Assembly (NCBI RefSeq): GCF_000315625.1
Contig: NW_005434663.1
Location: 711,882-775,881, forward strand
Direction: 5' to 3'
Length of the DNA stretch: 64,000 nt
Source of the DNA: Guillardia theta CCMP2712
Lineage: Eukaryota; Protista; Cryptophyta
Within the stretch, counting starts at the first letter, position 1; every line of letters starts with the position of its first letter. The notes below the pieces were generated by a model that ran no database searches, was not told where the DNA came from, and saw nothing but the letters and a program-made list of their open reading frames with translations. Below are positions 36,010-47,907 of this stretch, piece after piece. The translations under genes and the position numbers were made by a program.

Positions 36010-37080
36010 GATCAGGGGGTTGAGGCGGGTACTGGGTAGGCGGTGGGCGGGGCCCTGGTCTTAAGGATTTCAGGATACACACAAGGAGTCGCTACAGTCG
36101 GACAAGTGGGGGAGCAGTCCTACCACCCCCCCCCCCCCCACCCCCGTTGGAAGGTGACCCCACCCCAATGAGGCAACAAGTGCCCATCAATCACTATAGG
36201 TAAAACGGGGGTACTGTATCCAGTAAAAGCAAGGGAAAGTGGGGGGTGGGGTACCAATGTTGATTTCGGCGATAGAAGGTGTACACGCCTCGAGAGCCTT
36301 ACAGGAAGCCTTTGGAGGGATGACCCCCATGAAGACTATCAGAAGTAGGGGTGGTACGGGAACAAGCAAATTCAATCTATTCTTGGAGGTTGGCGAGTGG
36401 CATCCGTGTGACGGGCACGGCATAGGGAAATAAGGAGAATTAAGGCGAATCATAGCAATTTAAGAGGAAAGTAGCTACTTTTAGGCGGGTTCTTGCCCTT
36501 GAAACTATATCTTTCGGGAAAGACAGCCAGTTATTCCGCACGCCTCTTCACACGAGGAGTTTCATTGCTGGTAACGTGACAGTCACAGACCCCTGTGATA
36601 TTCCCCAGGTAACTGGAATCTTCCATGGACCTCCAGCCCCTCACACCCGCAACCTTTCGCGCCGACGCCGCGATCACGAGATTTAATAGGATTCACCCGT
36701 TCAAAGGAGTCGCAGGAGAGATGCGAAAACAATGAATTGAATCGATTTGTACCAGGACAACACCCTCTGGCCCATGGTTTCAATCGATTCTGCCCGATTT
36801 TGGGAGGCTTGCATTGCTCGTCTAAAATTGCGATCTCTTGAGGGTCACGAGGGCTCCCTGTAAACCTGTGCGACTCCCTAGTGCCTTCTTCATCCGACCC
36901 TTTTTTGTTCCGACTGTTGTAGCCCCACCCACCCCTCATGGTACCAATGAGGTTTGTGGACCACCACCCTATCTGAACACTGAACGCTAGAAGTGAAAAC
37001 ATGGGGTGATGCATGTAACTTAGCTCCTGGCCTACCCCACCATCCCCCCTCCCCGAATCCGGGCTATAAAAACAGCCTGC
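36010..37080. promoter_or_regulatory. Divergent promoter region with GGGGT/ACCCC islands and a TATA-like box
   Basis: Lies between ATGs at 35841 (minus) and 37219 (plus). GGGGT/ACCCC-rich; TATAAAA at ~37064-37070 followed by a pyrimidine-rich leader. Confidence 0.5.
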
Positions 37081-37218
37081 GCTCCCCATTGCCCCCATCT
37101 CACCTGTCGTCCCCACTCCTTCCATCTGCGATCCTGTCCTCCCCGCTGATCATCGCTCCACTCTACTCCTCAAGAGCTTTAGCGCCCAGTGTTACTTCCG
37201 CTGAATTCCTGAAGGAAG

Positions 37219-37476
37219 ATGATTTCCGTCAGCCTGTCTGAGATATCCCCCCTTCCCCGACCTAACAAGCCCAAGGCCTTCCGCCTCAACCATGCTCAGA
37301 AACAGTACCTCAGCTCCCTCAAGACTGTCTCCGACGCTCCCAAGAAGCGCAAAGTCACCCAGGAGCTCGTCCTCGACAACATCCTCCAAGCCAGAGAGAA
37401 GGCCGCCTCCAAGAAGCAGTCCGACGTCCCCACGACCCGGCAGGTGATCTTCATTGCGGACATCCGGTTCGACTGA
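37219..37476 (+). CDS. Small basic orphan protein (85 aa), copy 1
   Basis: Intronless ORF with strong C-ending codon bias and an NLS-like PKKRKV; near-identical duplicate at 39427. Confidence 0.8.
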   Translation: MISVSLSEISPLPRPNKPKAFRLNHAQKQYLSSLKTVSDAPKKRKVTQELVLDNILQAREKAASKKQSDVPTTRQVIFIADIRFD

Positions 37477-37598
37477 GCCTGGGGGGCGTCTGGGAGAGGG
37501 CTATGAGAGGGCAGCAAATTATTTTTTTGGGCACCGGAAGGCGGTGCATGTAGACTAGGGGGAACAGGGAGGAATGATCACACAACCATGTATATAAT
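37261..37598 (+). repeat. Direct repeat (~338 bp) matching 39475-39812
   Basis: By-eye comparison: identical through the rest of the CDS and the first 3' UTR bases, with only three substitutions in the 3' UTR; similarity stops after CATGTATATAAT. Confidence 0.95.
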
Positions 37599-37729
37599 GA
37601 ATAAATATCGAGCTCTGAAATCTAAGCGATATGCCAATCTCCAACTCAGCAAGCACATTCACACTGGCTTCAAACTCTCAGATGCATCTCAACAACCTGA
37701 CTGGTTGAACATAACCTGCATGGTCTGAG

Positions 37730-38830
37730 TAGCCAGTGCCCCTGGCCCGCGGGCCCGGGCAGTGACTCGGTGCCACTGAGCGCCGCCGGCCAGCCTGGCA
37801 GGCTCCGGGGCTCAGTGCCATCACGGATCGGACTCGGATCCGATCGGACCGTGGCAGGTGACTCCCGACCCACACGGGTCACAGCCGCTGGCAGTGACCG
37901 GCGGCCCGGGCGGCCGCCCGGCCGAGCCGCCTCAGCCCGGCGAGTCAGCTTCGCCGACTCGCGGAGTGATCGGACCCGTGACCGTCGGACCGGTTACCGT
38001 ACGGTAGTACCGTACGGTACAGTACTAGGCCGCCCCGCCAGTCCGGCCCGCCGCCGGCTCCGCCGCGGCCGTCGAGAGGCCGGCCCGGGACCGGGATCGG
38101 ACGGTCACCGCCGGGGAGCCTCGGAGTCCGATCAGTGACCGAAAAGTGATGCCACGGAATAGTACGGTCACCGTGACTCAGTGAGGTGATCGGACTCCGT
38201 CGGGGCCGCCCGGCCGAGCGGCGGCGGCGGGCCGTGTCCGGCGGTACCGGCGCCGGGCGGGTGACCGGCACCGTGGCACGGCGCGACCGGCCGCCGCGGC
38301 GGGTCACCGGGGCCGCAGTGGCCGCGGCCCGGCGGTACCGGTGACCGTACGGTCAGACGGTACCGTGAGTTGGCTAGCCACTGAGGATCAGTCGAGGCCC
38401 GGCCCGGCCGCCGGGCGCGGTCGGCGCGGCGCGCGGCCGCTGAGCGGCCGCCCGGCCGCCGCGCACTGTTACCGTACGGCGGTCAGGGTTCCCGGGGGCC
38501 CGGGGTCATGACATGGCCGCAAACTTGAATTTCGGAGCCTGGGCCGCAGTCGGCGGTCACACAGCCTGGGCGCTGCCGGGGGCCCGCCTGGCACGTGACC
38601 GAGGAGTCCGTCACGGGGGCCGGGAGGAGTGCCACGGGGGTCACGGGGGTCACGGGGGTCACGGACCCGGGGGGCCCGACAGGAGTCACGGGGGTCCGAC
38701 AGGAGTCACGGCACATCCGACCGATCTCCGAAACTCAGTTCAAGTCAACAAGTTGGACTCCGGGAGTCCCAGCCTGAGTTTGTTCCTTCGAAGACGGCGG
38801 TACGCCGCCGGGTAGCTGCCGTGACAGCCA
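37730..38830. other. Largest GC-rich palindrome island (CCGG, CGGCCG, GGTCACC/GGTGACC, ACCGTACGGT, GGGGTCAC tandem units)
   Basis: Very high GC; ACCGTACGG(T) at 37996, 38009, 38344 and 38471; 9-bp GGGGTCACG units at ~38636-38663; ORFs in all frames are R/G/P/A-rich noise. Confidence 0.6.
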
Positions 38831-39426
38831 GCATCCCAATGATCGAGAAACTTCTGGAAGGAGCCGCTTCAGCGAAAATGGCTAGTATTGCAGTGCTTGT
38901 CTGAAGCCTCGCATGTCGACGCACAGGAAGTCACGAGGGTCTTGTAAGACCCTAACGGAAGGGATGGTCTCCGTGTGCAACAATTCCTCCGAAAACATGT
39001 GGTTTCGATTTATTTAAAACTCCATTGTTTTTTATTTCTTGCTGAAAGTGTACCACCCAACCCTGCCTCATTTGCACGTAATGCAGGATACCCACCCTAT
39101 GATTTCTGTCTTTTTGAAGCCAAAAGTACGGGTAATGGAATGATTGCTTATTTCCAGTGCAACATTTTAAAACCCGTCCCTTTCTGCATGCACCCCTTAG
39201 AATACCCCAAAAGGACCCCACCATGATGGGAATATTTAAAATATGTCTTTTAAGAAATCTGCATAAATACCTTAGCTCCCGACCCCTTCCCATCCCATCA
39301 ATCGCTACCCACACCCTCCATCCTCAACTGCTCCTGCTACACCTTCCATCCCCCCCTTCGTTGTCCCTTTCAGACCTCGTTTTCTTCCTCCTCCCCCTCC
39401 CTTCGTGAACAGAAGCAGCAAGAAAC

Positions 39427-39690
39427 ATGGTCTCCGTCAGCCTGTCTGAGCTTTCACAGTACCCCCCCCCTCAACCTAACAAGCCCAAGGCCTTCCGCCT
39501 CAACCATGCTCAGAAACAGTACCTCAGCTCCCTCAAGACTGTCTCCGACGCTCCCAAGAAGCGCAAAGTCACCCAGGAGCTCGTCCTCGACAACATCCTC
39601 CAAGCCAGAGAGAAGGCCGCCTCCAAGAAGCAGTCCGACGTCCCCACGACCCGGCAGGTGATCTTCATTGCGGACATCCGGTTCGACTGA
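39427..39690 (+). CDS. Small basic orphan protein (87 aa), copy 2
   Basis: Identical to copy 1 from PNKPKAF to the stop; differs only in the first ~16 codons. ACCCC island and CATAAATA upstream. Confidence 0.8.
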   Translation: MVSVSLSELSQYPPPQPNKPKAFRLNHAQKQYLSSLKTVSDAPKKRKVTQELVLDNILQAREKAASKKQSDVPTTRQVIFIADIRFD

Positions 39691-39893
39691 GCCTGGGGGG
39701 CGTCTGGGAGAGGGGTATGAGAGGGCAGCAAATTATTTTTTTGGGTACCGGAAGGCGGTGCATGTAGACTAGGGGGAAGAGGGAGGAATGATCACACAAC
39801 CATGTATATAATACATCATGTCATTATATATTTCGACTACCTTTGTTATCTTACACCTCTTTCACACCCGCCTCGCAATGGCCTCACTTCGGC

Positions 39894-42800
39894 TCAATCA
39901 AACTTGATCACAGCGTTCATTGATAGCTGGCAGTTTTGTATCCTGCAAGGTCATATGTGAGCAACGTGTAGGTCAGCAAACACAAACAACCTGTCTAGCT
40001 TGTAGTGCTGTATCCCATGGCCTGTCCAGAGCATGTCCCGGTCGACCTCTCGGGCACGAAGTCCAACCTGGAGGAGGAAGCTGAGCGCTGAGAGGTGAGG
40101 AGGACGCCCCTGCTAGGACGAGGAGGAGGAAAGGTTGGGGGAGGAGGGAAATGGTGAGAGGAACGAATGGGCTGAATTGAGAGGAGAGGGCAGAAGCGGG
40201 AGGTTGGGGAAGAGGGAGGGAAGGAGACAGGAGGCAGGGGAAGAGGGGACCTGCGGACGAGGCTCTGCGAGCCTCTTGGCCGACAAGAACTTGAAGTTTC
40301 GTTGGACGTGATCAGTCTCTGCGATGGTCCTCTCGATCTGCAGGTAGTCAGGTCGAGGAGTGGTGGAGGGGCTCACCTTGAGCTTGTTGTGCAGCGACTG
40401 CAGCCTTTGCGTCACCTTGTACTCCATCTGAAAAGATTCATGACTGTGAGGACGGAGACAGAAGGCGATGAGGAGGGAGGGAGAGGAGGGGAAGGGAGGA
40501 AGGGAGGACAGTGGACAAGCACAGCAGGCAAGGCGAGAGGTTGAGCATAAACACAGGATCCATCACATGCTCGTGCTTCATGACGCGCCGTGGTGGAGGA
40601 AAGGCATTCGACGAGAACCTAGGACGCTCGTCGTCAGGAGAGGGTCGGAGCTGCTTCGAACTTGCCGCTCGTAGAGGTTGTCGCACTGTTCTATTATGAG
40701 CTGCCTAAAGTCAGCGGGTTTGCTCTGCTGGAGCTTGTCAGGAGGGTAGTGGGAGGCAGCTGGCAGAGGAGCATGACCGAGTCGCTGCTGAAGATGCTGA
40801 CGCCTTCCCGCTCCTCCTGCAGGACAGGATAGGGGGGGACAGAGACAGACCTGTTGAGTTGCCTAAGAAGCGGCAGGGGATGGATTGGAAGGGCGAGGGA
40901 GAGAAGATGAGGAAAGGGAGAGGGAGAGGGGGAGGGGGAGGGGGGAGGGGGAGGGGGAGGGAGAGGGAGAGGGAGAGGGGGAGGGAGAGTAGGTGACGAT
41001 GAAATGGAGCAAGGATGGTGATGGGTCTGGTGACGAGGATGAAGGAGGAGGGTTACCGAGGCTGCAGCTTCTTCTTCTTCTTCTTGTTCGGGGCCCTCGA
41101 CAGTGTCGGCGTCTCCTCTGCTGAGCAGTCAGAACCAAGGAGAGGAGCGAGGGGTGAGGACCAGGGAACGAGCTCAAGGCTTGTTCAGAAGTATACTGCA
41201 ACGAAGCGAGTCAGAGGCAAGGTGTTGGGGAAAGGGAGGGCGTGGGGGTGAGAGGAGGAGCTGATCAGCAAACCTCCGCAGCTCCTTCCATTGCAGTCTG
41301 AGCGCGAGGTTGGGCGCCCCTCCTCTTCTCAGCTGTCGACCCTCGTCGCTGGCCATGGCGGTGAGCACCGGGGCAGTCAGGGAGGAGGAGAAAAATTCGC
41401 TCACGCTAGTCGACTCTCCCCTGCTCTTGACCCCCAGGATCCTAGCAGGTCACGTCAAGACGAAGAGTGATAGGGTCCAGTACTCCTCACTCCCTCTTCC
41501 TCCGATCCACTTCCTTGGCGACGAACTCGTACCACTCCTGCTCCGACGTCATTCTGCTGCCCCCGCCCTCCCACCAAACCTTGTCGGACATGGAAGGGTC
41601 ACGAAACTGCTCCAGGCCTGCAGCGAAAGGATATGAGAGGAGGTAGGGGAGGAGGAAGAGGAGGAAACGAAGGACTAAGGGAAGAGAAGGAGAAACACAG
41701 CAAGAGGAGGAGACAAAAACAGATTTTTTGACGGAGGAGCAGAGAGGGTTCAAACCTCCCACAGAGTTTGAGGTTGGATTCGCTGCCACTTCCTGCCCGC
41801 TCCTGAGGTGAACCTGCGGGCTCTAGTAAACGAGAGGAGGAGGAGGAGGAGGAGGAGGAGGAGGAGGAGGAGGAGGAGGAGGAGGAGGAGGAGGAGGAGG
41901 AGGAGGAGGAGGAGGAGGTGGTTGCGTACGCTGCTCAGAGCCTTGCGCAGGACAAGCTGATTGATCGTCTGATTCTGTTGGATGGCATTCCTGTCCGCAG
42001 ACAAAAATAAGTCTCTTCTCTCTATTCCTGTCCTGTCCTGTCCTGTCCTGTCCTGTCCTGTCCTGTCCTGTCCTGTCCATTTCCTCCCATTCTTTGTATC
42101 CTTGCATCCTCTCTCCCTCCACCTCCGCCCCTCCCGGCTCCCATCGCCTCTCTGATCTCATATCGCACCCCAGCACCGCCGCGTCCTCCAGTGTGACGTG
42201 AACAGCAAAACCGCCGAGCGCCTGTGCGAAGGAGATGAACGAGGAGCAAGAACGCGGCCAGCCCAGAAGGCAGAGGAGGAGAAGAGGCGGAGGGGAAGCA
42301 AGTGAAGAGCGGATTCGAGTAGGACGCTGGAGGAAGGAGGGGAAAGAGAGGCAAGAAGGGAGCAGGAGAGGAGCAAGGAGGTGGTGTCATGCGAGAAAGA
42401 GGGAGGGAAGGGAAGGGAGAGGAAGGGGAGGGAGAGAGAGCAAAGGGAATCAGTGAGGGGATCTGAAGTGAACAGAATTGCCAAAGGGGTAGACTTGGTG
42501 AAGGATACAACCTTGTGCACATCAGTGCCATCCAGCTTTCCATTACGAGCGATCGAGCCCTCGAGCTGCGCAGGATAAGGAGGAGGAAGTAGAAGAGGAG
42601 GAGGAAGAGTCTGTAGGGGAAGGCAGCTTACCGTCCTCAGGAGCTGTATGAAGGCCTCTTCCCACGAGTCTTTCTCTATTGCCTCCTCCTCGCCCTCCGC
42701 AGCTCCCTCCGCGCCATGATCCGGTGGGAGCTGCTCGCTGAGGGACCTGCTCTTCTGCGCGCGACACGTCAAAGGAGAGAGAGGAGGAGCGCAAGGAGGA

Positions 42801-43800
42801 ACCATCTCCATCCCCCTATACGGGTTCGACGCCTTCTCCTCGATCGTCCTTTTGAACGCCAGGACCCACTCGTCCCGGGACTGCGGGACGCTCGTTGGAA
42901 CTTGCACAACGAAAGGAGGAGAGCCGCTACCGAGGACTCGGTGAAGGCCAAGCTCAGCTCGTGCTCCTCCGACTCCACCTCGTGCTCTCCGCTCCTCCCG
43001 AACCTGAGTTCGATGGTGTACGGGTGCCTGACGTGGATAATCTGCCATGAAGGCATCAGACAGGACGGGGAGCAGGAGGGCCGACCTGTGTTGCGTTGAT
43101 GACGGTGCTCTTGTCCACGTAGCTTGAAAAGTGACCCAGGGCGACCACGGACTTGATCTTCGATCTCCCCTTGGTCCAATCCAGACTTGGACTCCTCATC
43201 GATGTCCATCCTTGTCGTTGAGGTCAGAGGGCGGGAGGAGGAGGAGGAGAAGGAGGAAGGGGCGGAGGGGGAGGGGGAGGGAGGGGAGAAGGAGGAGGAG
43301 GAACGTAAACAACGAGGAAGGAGGAGGGGAGGAGGAGGAGGGAGGAGGAGGAAGGGGCAGAGGAAGAGAGGAGGAGGGGAGGGAGGGGGGGGGAAGGGCC
43401 GTGGAGGGAGGAGGACCGTGGAGACGTGGTGGCGGTTTCCCGTCCGNNNNNNNNNNNNNNNNNNNNNNNNNNNNNNNNNNNNNNNNNNNNNNNNNNNNNN
43501 NNNNNNNNNNNNNNNNNNNNNNNNNNNNNNNNNNNNNNNNNNNNNNAGGAGAGGGTGGGGACTGATTCAGTCGGCTGCTTTACTCACCCTTTCACAAGCC
43601 CGAACTCTTCGTCGAATTCGTAACCAGACTTGGGCTCGGCCATTTGCGATGTGATCAACTCCTTCATCTCTCCCAGGAGCTGAAGAACTTTGTCCTTGCT
43701 CCCTGATGAAACCACAACTTCAACACGGAGGAAGTTGACAAACTGAACAGAAAGCATCATTGAGCCTCGACATCAAGTTTCTCCGAGTGCTCTTGCTCAT
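39894..43800 (-). CDS. Multi-exon protein containing a PH-like domain (spans a gap)
   Basis: Exons: MSKSTRRNLMSRLNDAFWSKDKVLQLLGEMKEL...; IIHVRHPYTIELRFG...LSLAFTESS-SRDEWVLAFKRTIEE (typical PH C-terminal helix with W); terminal exons VGLRAREVDRDMLWTGHGIQHYKLD-RIQNCQLSMNAVIKFD* (stop 39894-39896). Confidence 0.6.
41834..42077 (+). repeat. (GAG)n and (CTGTC)n microsatellites in introns
   Basis: GAG run ~41834-41917; CTGTC pentamer run ~42027-42077. Confidence 0.95.
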
Positions 43801-44457
43801 GGCTCTCACTGGCGGGTCAGCTCATGCTCGTTCCGCGGCAGCTCCTCTATCGTCCTCCCTCTATCTGTTACTGTATCTCTCCTCCCTCTCCTCCTCTCCT
43901 CTCCTCCTCCTCTCCTCCTCTCCTCCTCTCCTTCCTACCCCTAACACCCTTCCTTCTACGTCCGCACATGGCACAAGGCTCGCAGGGCCTTTTCCAACGG
44001 ACCAGTCAAACAATAAACTATTGCAAATATATGTAATATTGACACCACGTTCTAATTGATCGCTATGATCTATTGTGAATACTCAATGGAAATGTCATAG
44101 AATATTGTCCACTCGTCTAACAACCTGAGTCCAGCAAGTTCAATGCAGTGCTGTCACTGACAACTGGCAGGGAACTCCAGCAGACTGATACCGCCGGGCT
44201 GAGTCACGGCCAGGCTGAGGGCGGGCCCGGCGGACACGCCGGCCGCGGCTGGGCCGGCCGGAGGCTCCGCCGAGGCTGGGCCCCGCTCAACGCGGCGGCT
44301 CGCGGCCCGGCCGGTGCAGCCCCGCTCGACTCGTGACGCCGAATTGAATTTGTGACTGAATCCGTTACTGACTAGTCACAACTTGCGGCAGTGGAATCAG
44401 TGACCGACTGATCCGGCCCTGGAGTCAGTCACTGGCTCGAATTATCACTGGGCCCGT

Positions 44458-45811
44458 TTATTTCGCAGTTTTGATTCCGACGAGCAGGGAGACCTTGTCC
44501 CACATCGTCCGCACAGCAGCTGTGACATCGTCTTGGAGCTTTGACTTGTCCGAGGATTGCAGTGCATCCTGCCGCAAGGCAGTCAACTTGTTGTGTCACA
44601 GCTCCCACGGTCCTGAGGGGTGCCGAGGGGAAAGAAACACTCTCCCTGACATATGCCGGTGCGACAATCATGATGGGAGGTGCAAATGCACGTTCGTAGA
44701 GGGACGGAGGGTTGGGGGAGATGGTGAGGGAAGACAGAAATCATGGGGATACGATGAAGACTGACACAATCAGCCGAACACAAACTAGAAACACCCATCA
44801 CACCCATCACACGATCACTGACCTTTACTTTCGTGATCAGCATCTTCAGCTCCTGGAAGATGACGTTGAGCCACTCCCTCAACTGCGCGGCAGGATCAGG
44901 GCAGGAACGGGTGCGCGGAGAGATCTCTGCCTTGAGCGTCCTCATCATCCTATGCACGTACAGCTTCACTTTGGCCTTGGTGAGGCGATACCCCCGTGGG
45001 GTGAGGGGGATCAGATCGTTCCACTTGCTCGCCTGATCAAAACTCTCTGTAAGTTCCCAGACAACCTCCAACAGGTTCCTGTCCGCACATCGGGCAGCCG
45101 TTGGGAGGATCGGCCGAAATTCTTTTGCATCTGCTCGTACATGCTCCTCCCATCCATCAGCATGGGAATGAAGTGTCTCTGCCCGGTCTCCTTCGTCTGC
45201 GTCTCCTTGAAATACGCCAGCAGCGGGAAGCCCGGCCACCAGAACCTCCACTCTACGATGCTCCCATACGACCAGGGCCCTATTGCTGTGACCCGCTTTT
45301 CCTCGCCCTCTCCTTCAGTGCTGTTCGAAGAAAGGCCGCCCTGTATGCTCTTCGGCTTGAGATCGTTGCCGTATCCTGATTCGGATAACCCAGAGACCCG
45401 CAGCACAGAGAATGTGTCGGTGCCGAAGCAGAAACGCAGTCTCGACGTTTGCAACACAAAGAAGCCGCCGAGGATCGTGAAGAACAGTCCCATCCCAGAA
45501 GCACCGAACATGTTCTTCAACACAAAACCGAGAGCAGCAGTTGAGAGGCCGAGACGGAAGTCTGGGGAGAGAATCTTAAGGGACCTCCTCTCGCTCTTGT
45601 TCTGCAACCAGCCTGACATGGTCACGCGCGTCCTCATATTCTTGCTTCTCTTCACAGGTGGGCAGGTCATTTCATCATGCAGCAAGAGACACGGGTTCGC
45701 TGCCCTGCGGTTTGTGAGAGGATTTCCCGTCCTGCATTGTTCAAGTCTGTATGCAAAAGAAGTGCTAACGCTGGTGCCCGGAAGCAAGGGGCGAACGTAG
45801 GAAAGCTGCAT
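44458..45811 (-). CDS. DUF3119-family membrane protein (cyanobacterial/plastid-type) with C-terminal extension
   Basis: Two hydrophobic helices then LQTSRLRFCFGTDTFSV, WSYGSIVEWRFWWPGFPLLAYFKETQTK..GQRHFIPMLMDGRSMYEQM (DUF3119 signature). Spliced tail ...ASKWNDLIPLTPRGY...DALQSSDKSKLQDDVTAAVRTMWDKVSLLVGIKTAK*. Confidence 0.85.
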
Positions 45812-46321
45812 GGAAACAGCTGGAGTGGCGGTTGTTTGAATCGCCTCCTAGTTAACTGTTCTGATCTAGTCTTCCGTCTCTGTCTGATCCTCCTCTCCTC
45901 TCAGCTTCCTCTGCTCTCTTCCTCTCCTTCGCGCTCCCTTGCCTGCTCCATTGTTCCTTGCACCCCTAACTACCCTACCAAGAAATCATCCTTTCTCCAC
46001 CGTACCCCTCCAAGAATTTTTATACCCCGTGGTAAACCTAATGTTTGTTTTGCTAAACCACCCGTACTGTAATTACCCCACCCATCTTGATCAAATGGAG
46101 GAGGCATAAAGAGGCGCCAGTGCCATTGTAACGGTCCGAGCCGGGATGAAACGACCCACTGAGTCAAGTTCGGAGTCCCCGAGTCCCGGTGTCACTGCCG
46201 GCAGGAGCCGCGAAGTTGGGTGCGGGGTCACTGGCCAAGCTGAACCCTGACTCGGAGTCGCTCGGGAAGACATTCAAGTTTATTTTGACAAGCAGAGAGG
46301 CCGGGCAGATCCGATCATAGA

Positions 46322-47907
46322 TCATAACATGCTGCCATAGTTGACGGGAGCTGACAAAAGGCTAACAGGGATAGCGGCTGGAACACTTGCCATCATCATG
46401 CTATGCTGCTGCTCGCACATCTGCGCCTGAAGAAACGATCCGCGAGCACCGCATACGGAGCACTGGTAGCTCGTCCCGCAGGCTTTCTCGTGGTATTGGA
46501 CCACCTCCTGCGTCCCCATGAACCCGCAAGAGTGTGTGCAGGTGAACTGGCGGGGGTAGATCGAGGGGCAGTTGGGGCCTGCTAAAGAGCTAAAAGATGA
46601 TGTCAGCAGATCTCGATGGCAGCAACTCGCAGGAACTCACGTTGCCTTCTCGTGTGCTTGCCCGAAGACAATCTCGTGAGCTGTTGCAACAGCCAAGGCC
46701 GCACGCTTCTCGTGAACAATGATGGAAAGATTCTGCAAGGCAGCTTCCAGCTTAGCAGCTTTGGTCGCTGCTGTTTTCTTTGAGAGAAAAAGGCCTCCAT
46801 TATATTCGCAACCGTCCTTGAAGTCTCCTTCCTCCGATCCAGTGAGCACTTTCACTGCAGCCTTGTACTATAAACAGGGATGAGCACAATGTCTTCAACT
46901 CTGAAATATTCCACCTGCTTCTCCGGAGTCTTGGAAGGGTCGAGTGCCTGGAGCTTGCGGCGTGCAGCATAGAACTGCTTCTCTATGTTCGCGTACTCCT
47001 GCAAGCTGCTCTGGTATGACAGCTCCGTCTTGCTCTCCTTCTCCATCGCTTGCTCGAGCTGGAAAGAGGTTTCAGTGTTCTGCTCAGCAAGTGAAGCTGA
47101 TCCTGCCATACCTCCTTCACGAGGCCAAAAGTCTTGTACATGCAATCACGTGCTTGAGCTAATCGGAGCTTGGCCCTGTTGCGGATACAACTGTGAAGGC
47201 CCAAAAAAACAGAGAGAGGAGACTTACTCAAAGCAGACAGAGTGATTGCAAGGAGCAACATTCACGGACACAAGATTTGAATTCTTGACGAAGACCTCGT
47301 GTTCGTCTTTCAGGTTTTTGATCTTCTCAACAACATCTTTGAAGGGAAGCTTCTTGCTGTCGACAGATACCTTGTCTGATACCGTTGGAGCAGTAAAGAG
47401 AATTTCGATCGTGAGGAGATTGTCGAGCATCACAACATCTCCTAACGCTCTGCTCGCGGCACCGAGACCAAGGTCTTGGAGGACACCCTGGATTTTTTCA
47501 TCCAAATCCTTAGATGAAAGGATGTTTGCCAAGTGCTCGTGGGGATTCAACGGAGCTCCGCTCTGGGCCTCTGTCTTCGGGAAATCGCCATCTGTACGGA
47601 ACAAGAGCTTGAGGATCAAATGGCGAAGAGGAGTTTCCTGAGGGCAGAGGGGTACGGCCTGAGGAGCTGGCTGTACCAGGGGCATGGTAGTCGGTTGCAC
47701 AGAGCCCTCTACCCCGAGAAGAGGGTAGGAGAGACTGATGGGAAGTTGTACACTTTCCGTGGAAGCAGGGGGGGGTGCTGCAAACGATGTAAGGACCTGT
47801 GTGGGGAAACCTCCTTCAAAGGGATAAGAAAACTGCGTGCCAGGGATAGGGGCCTGGAGAGAGAGAGGAATCTGTACAGTAGAATATGGAACTTCGAAAG
47901 CCTGCAT
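46322..47907 (-). CDS. Orphan Cys/His coiled-coil protein A with C-terminal TRAF/SIAH-like zinc fingers (paralog of the 49263 gene)
   Basis: P/S/T/V-rich head, PLCPQETP.H...D.DFPKT, spliced PCNHSVCFDCIRNRAKLRLA, coiled coil, then NCPSIYPRQFTCTHSCGFMGTQEVVQYHEKACGTSYQCSVCGARGSFLQAQMCEQQH. Confidence 0.8.

Noticed and set aside
37477-37600. ATGA...AAA in the twin genes' 3' UTR as a SECIS enabling TGA readthrough
   Set aside because: Helix II pairing is poor and the 3' GA of the kink-turn quartet is missing.
37770-38904. R/G/P/T-rich ORFs in the large GC island (e.g. GVTGVTGVT)
   Set aside because: Open in several frames on both strands because of extreme GC and short repeats; no codon bias or intron structure like real genes here.
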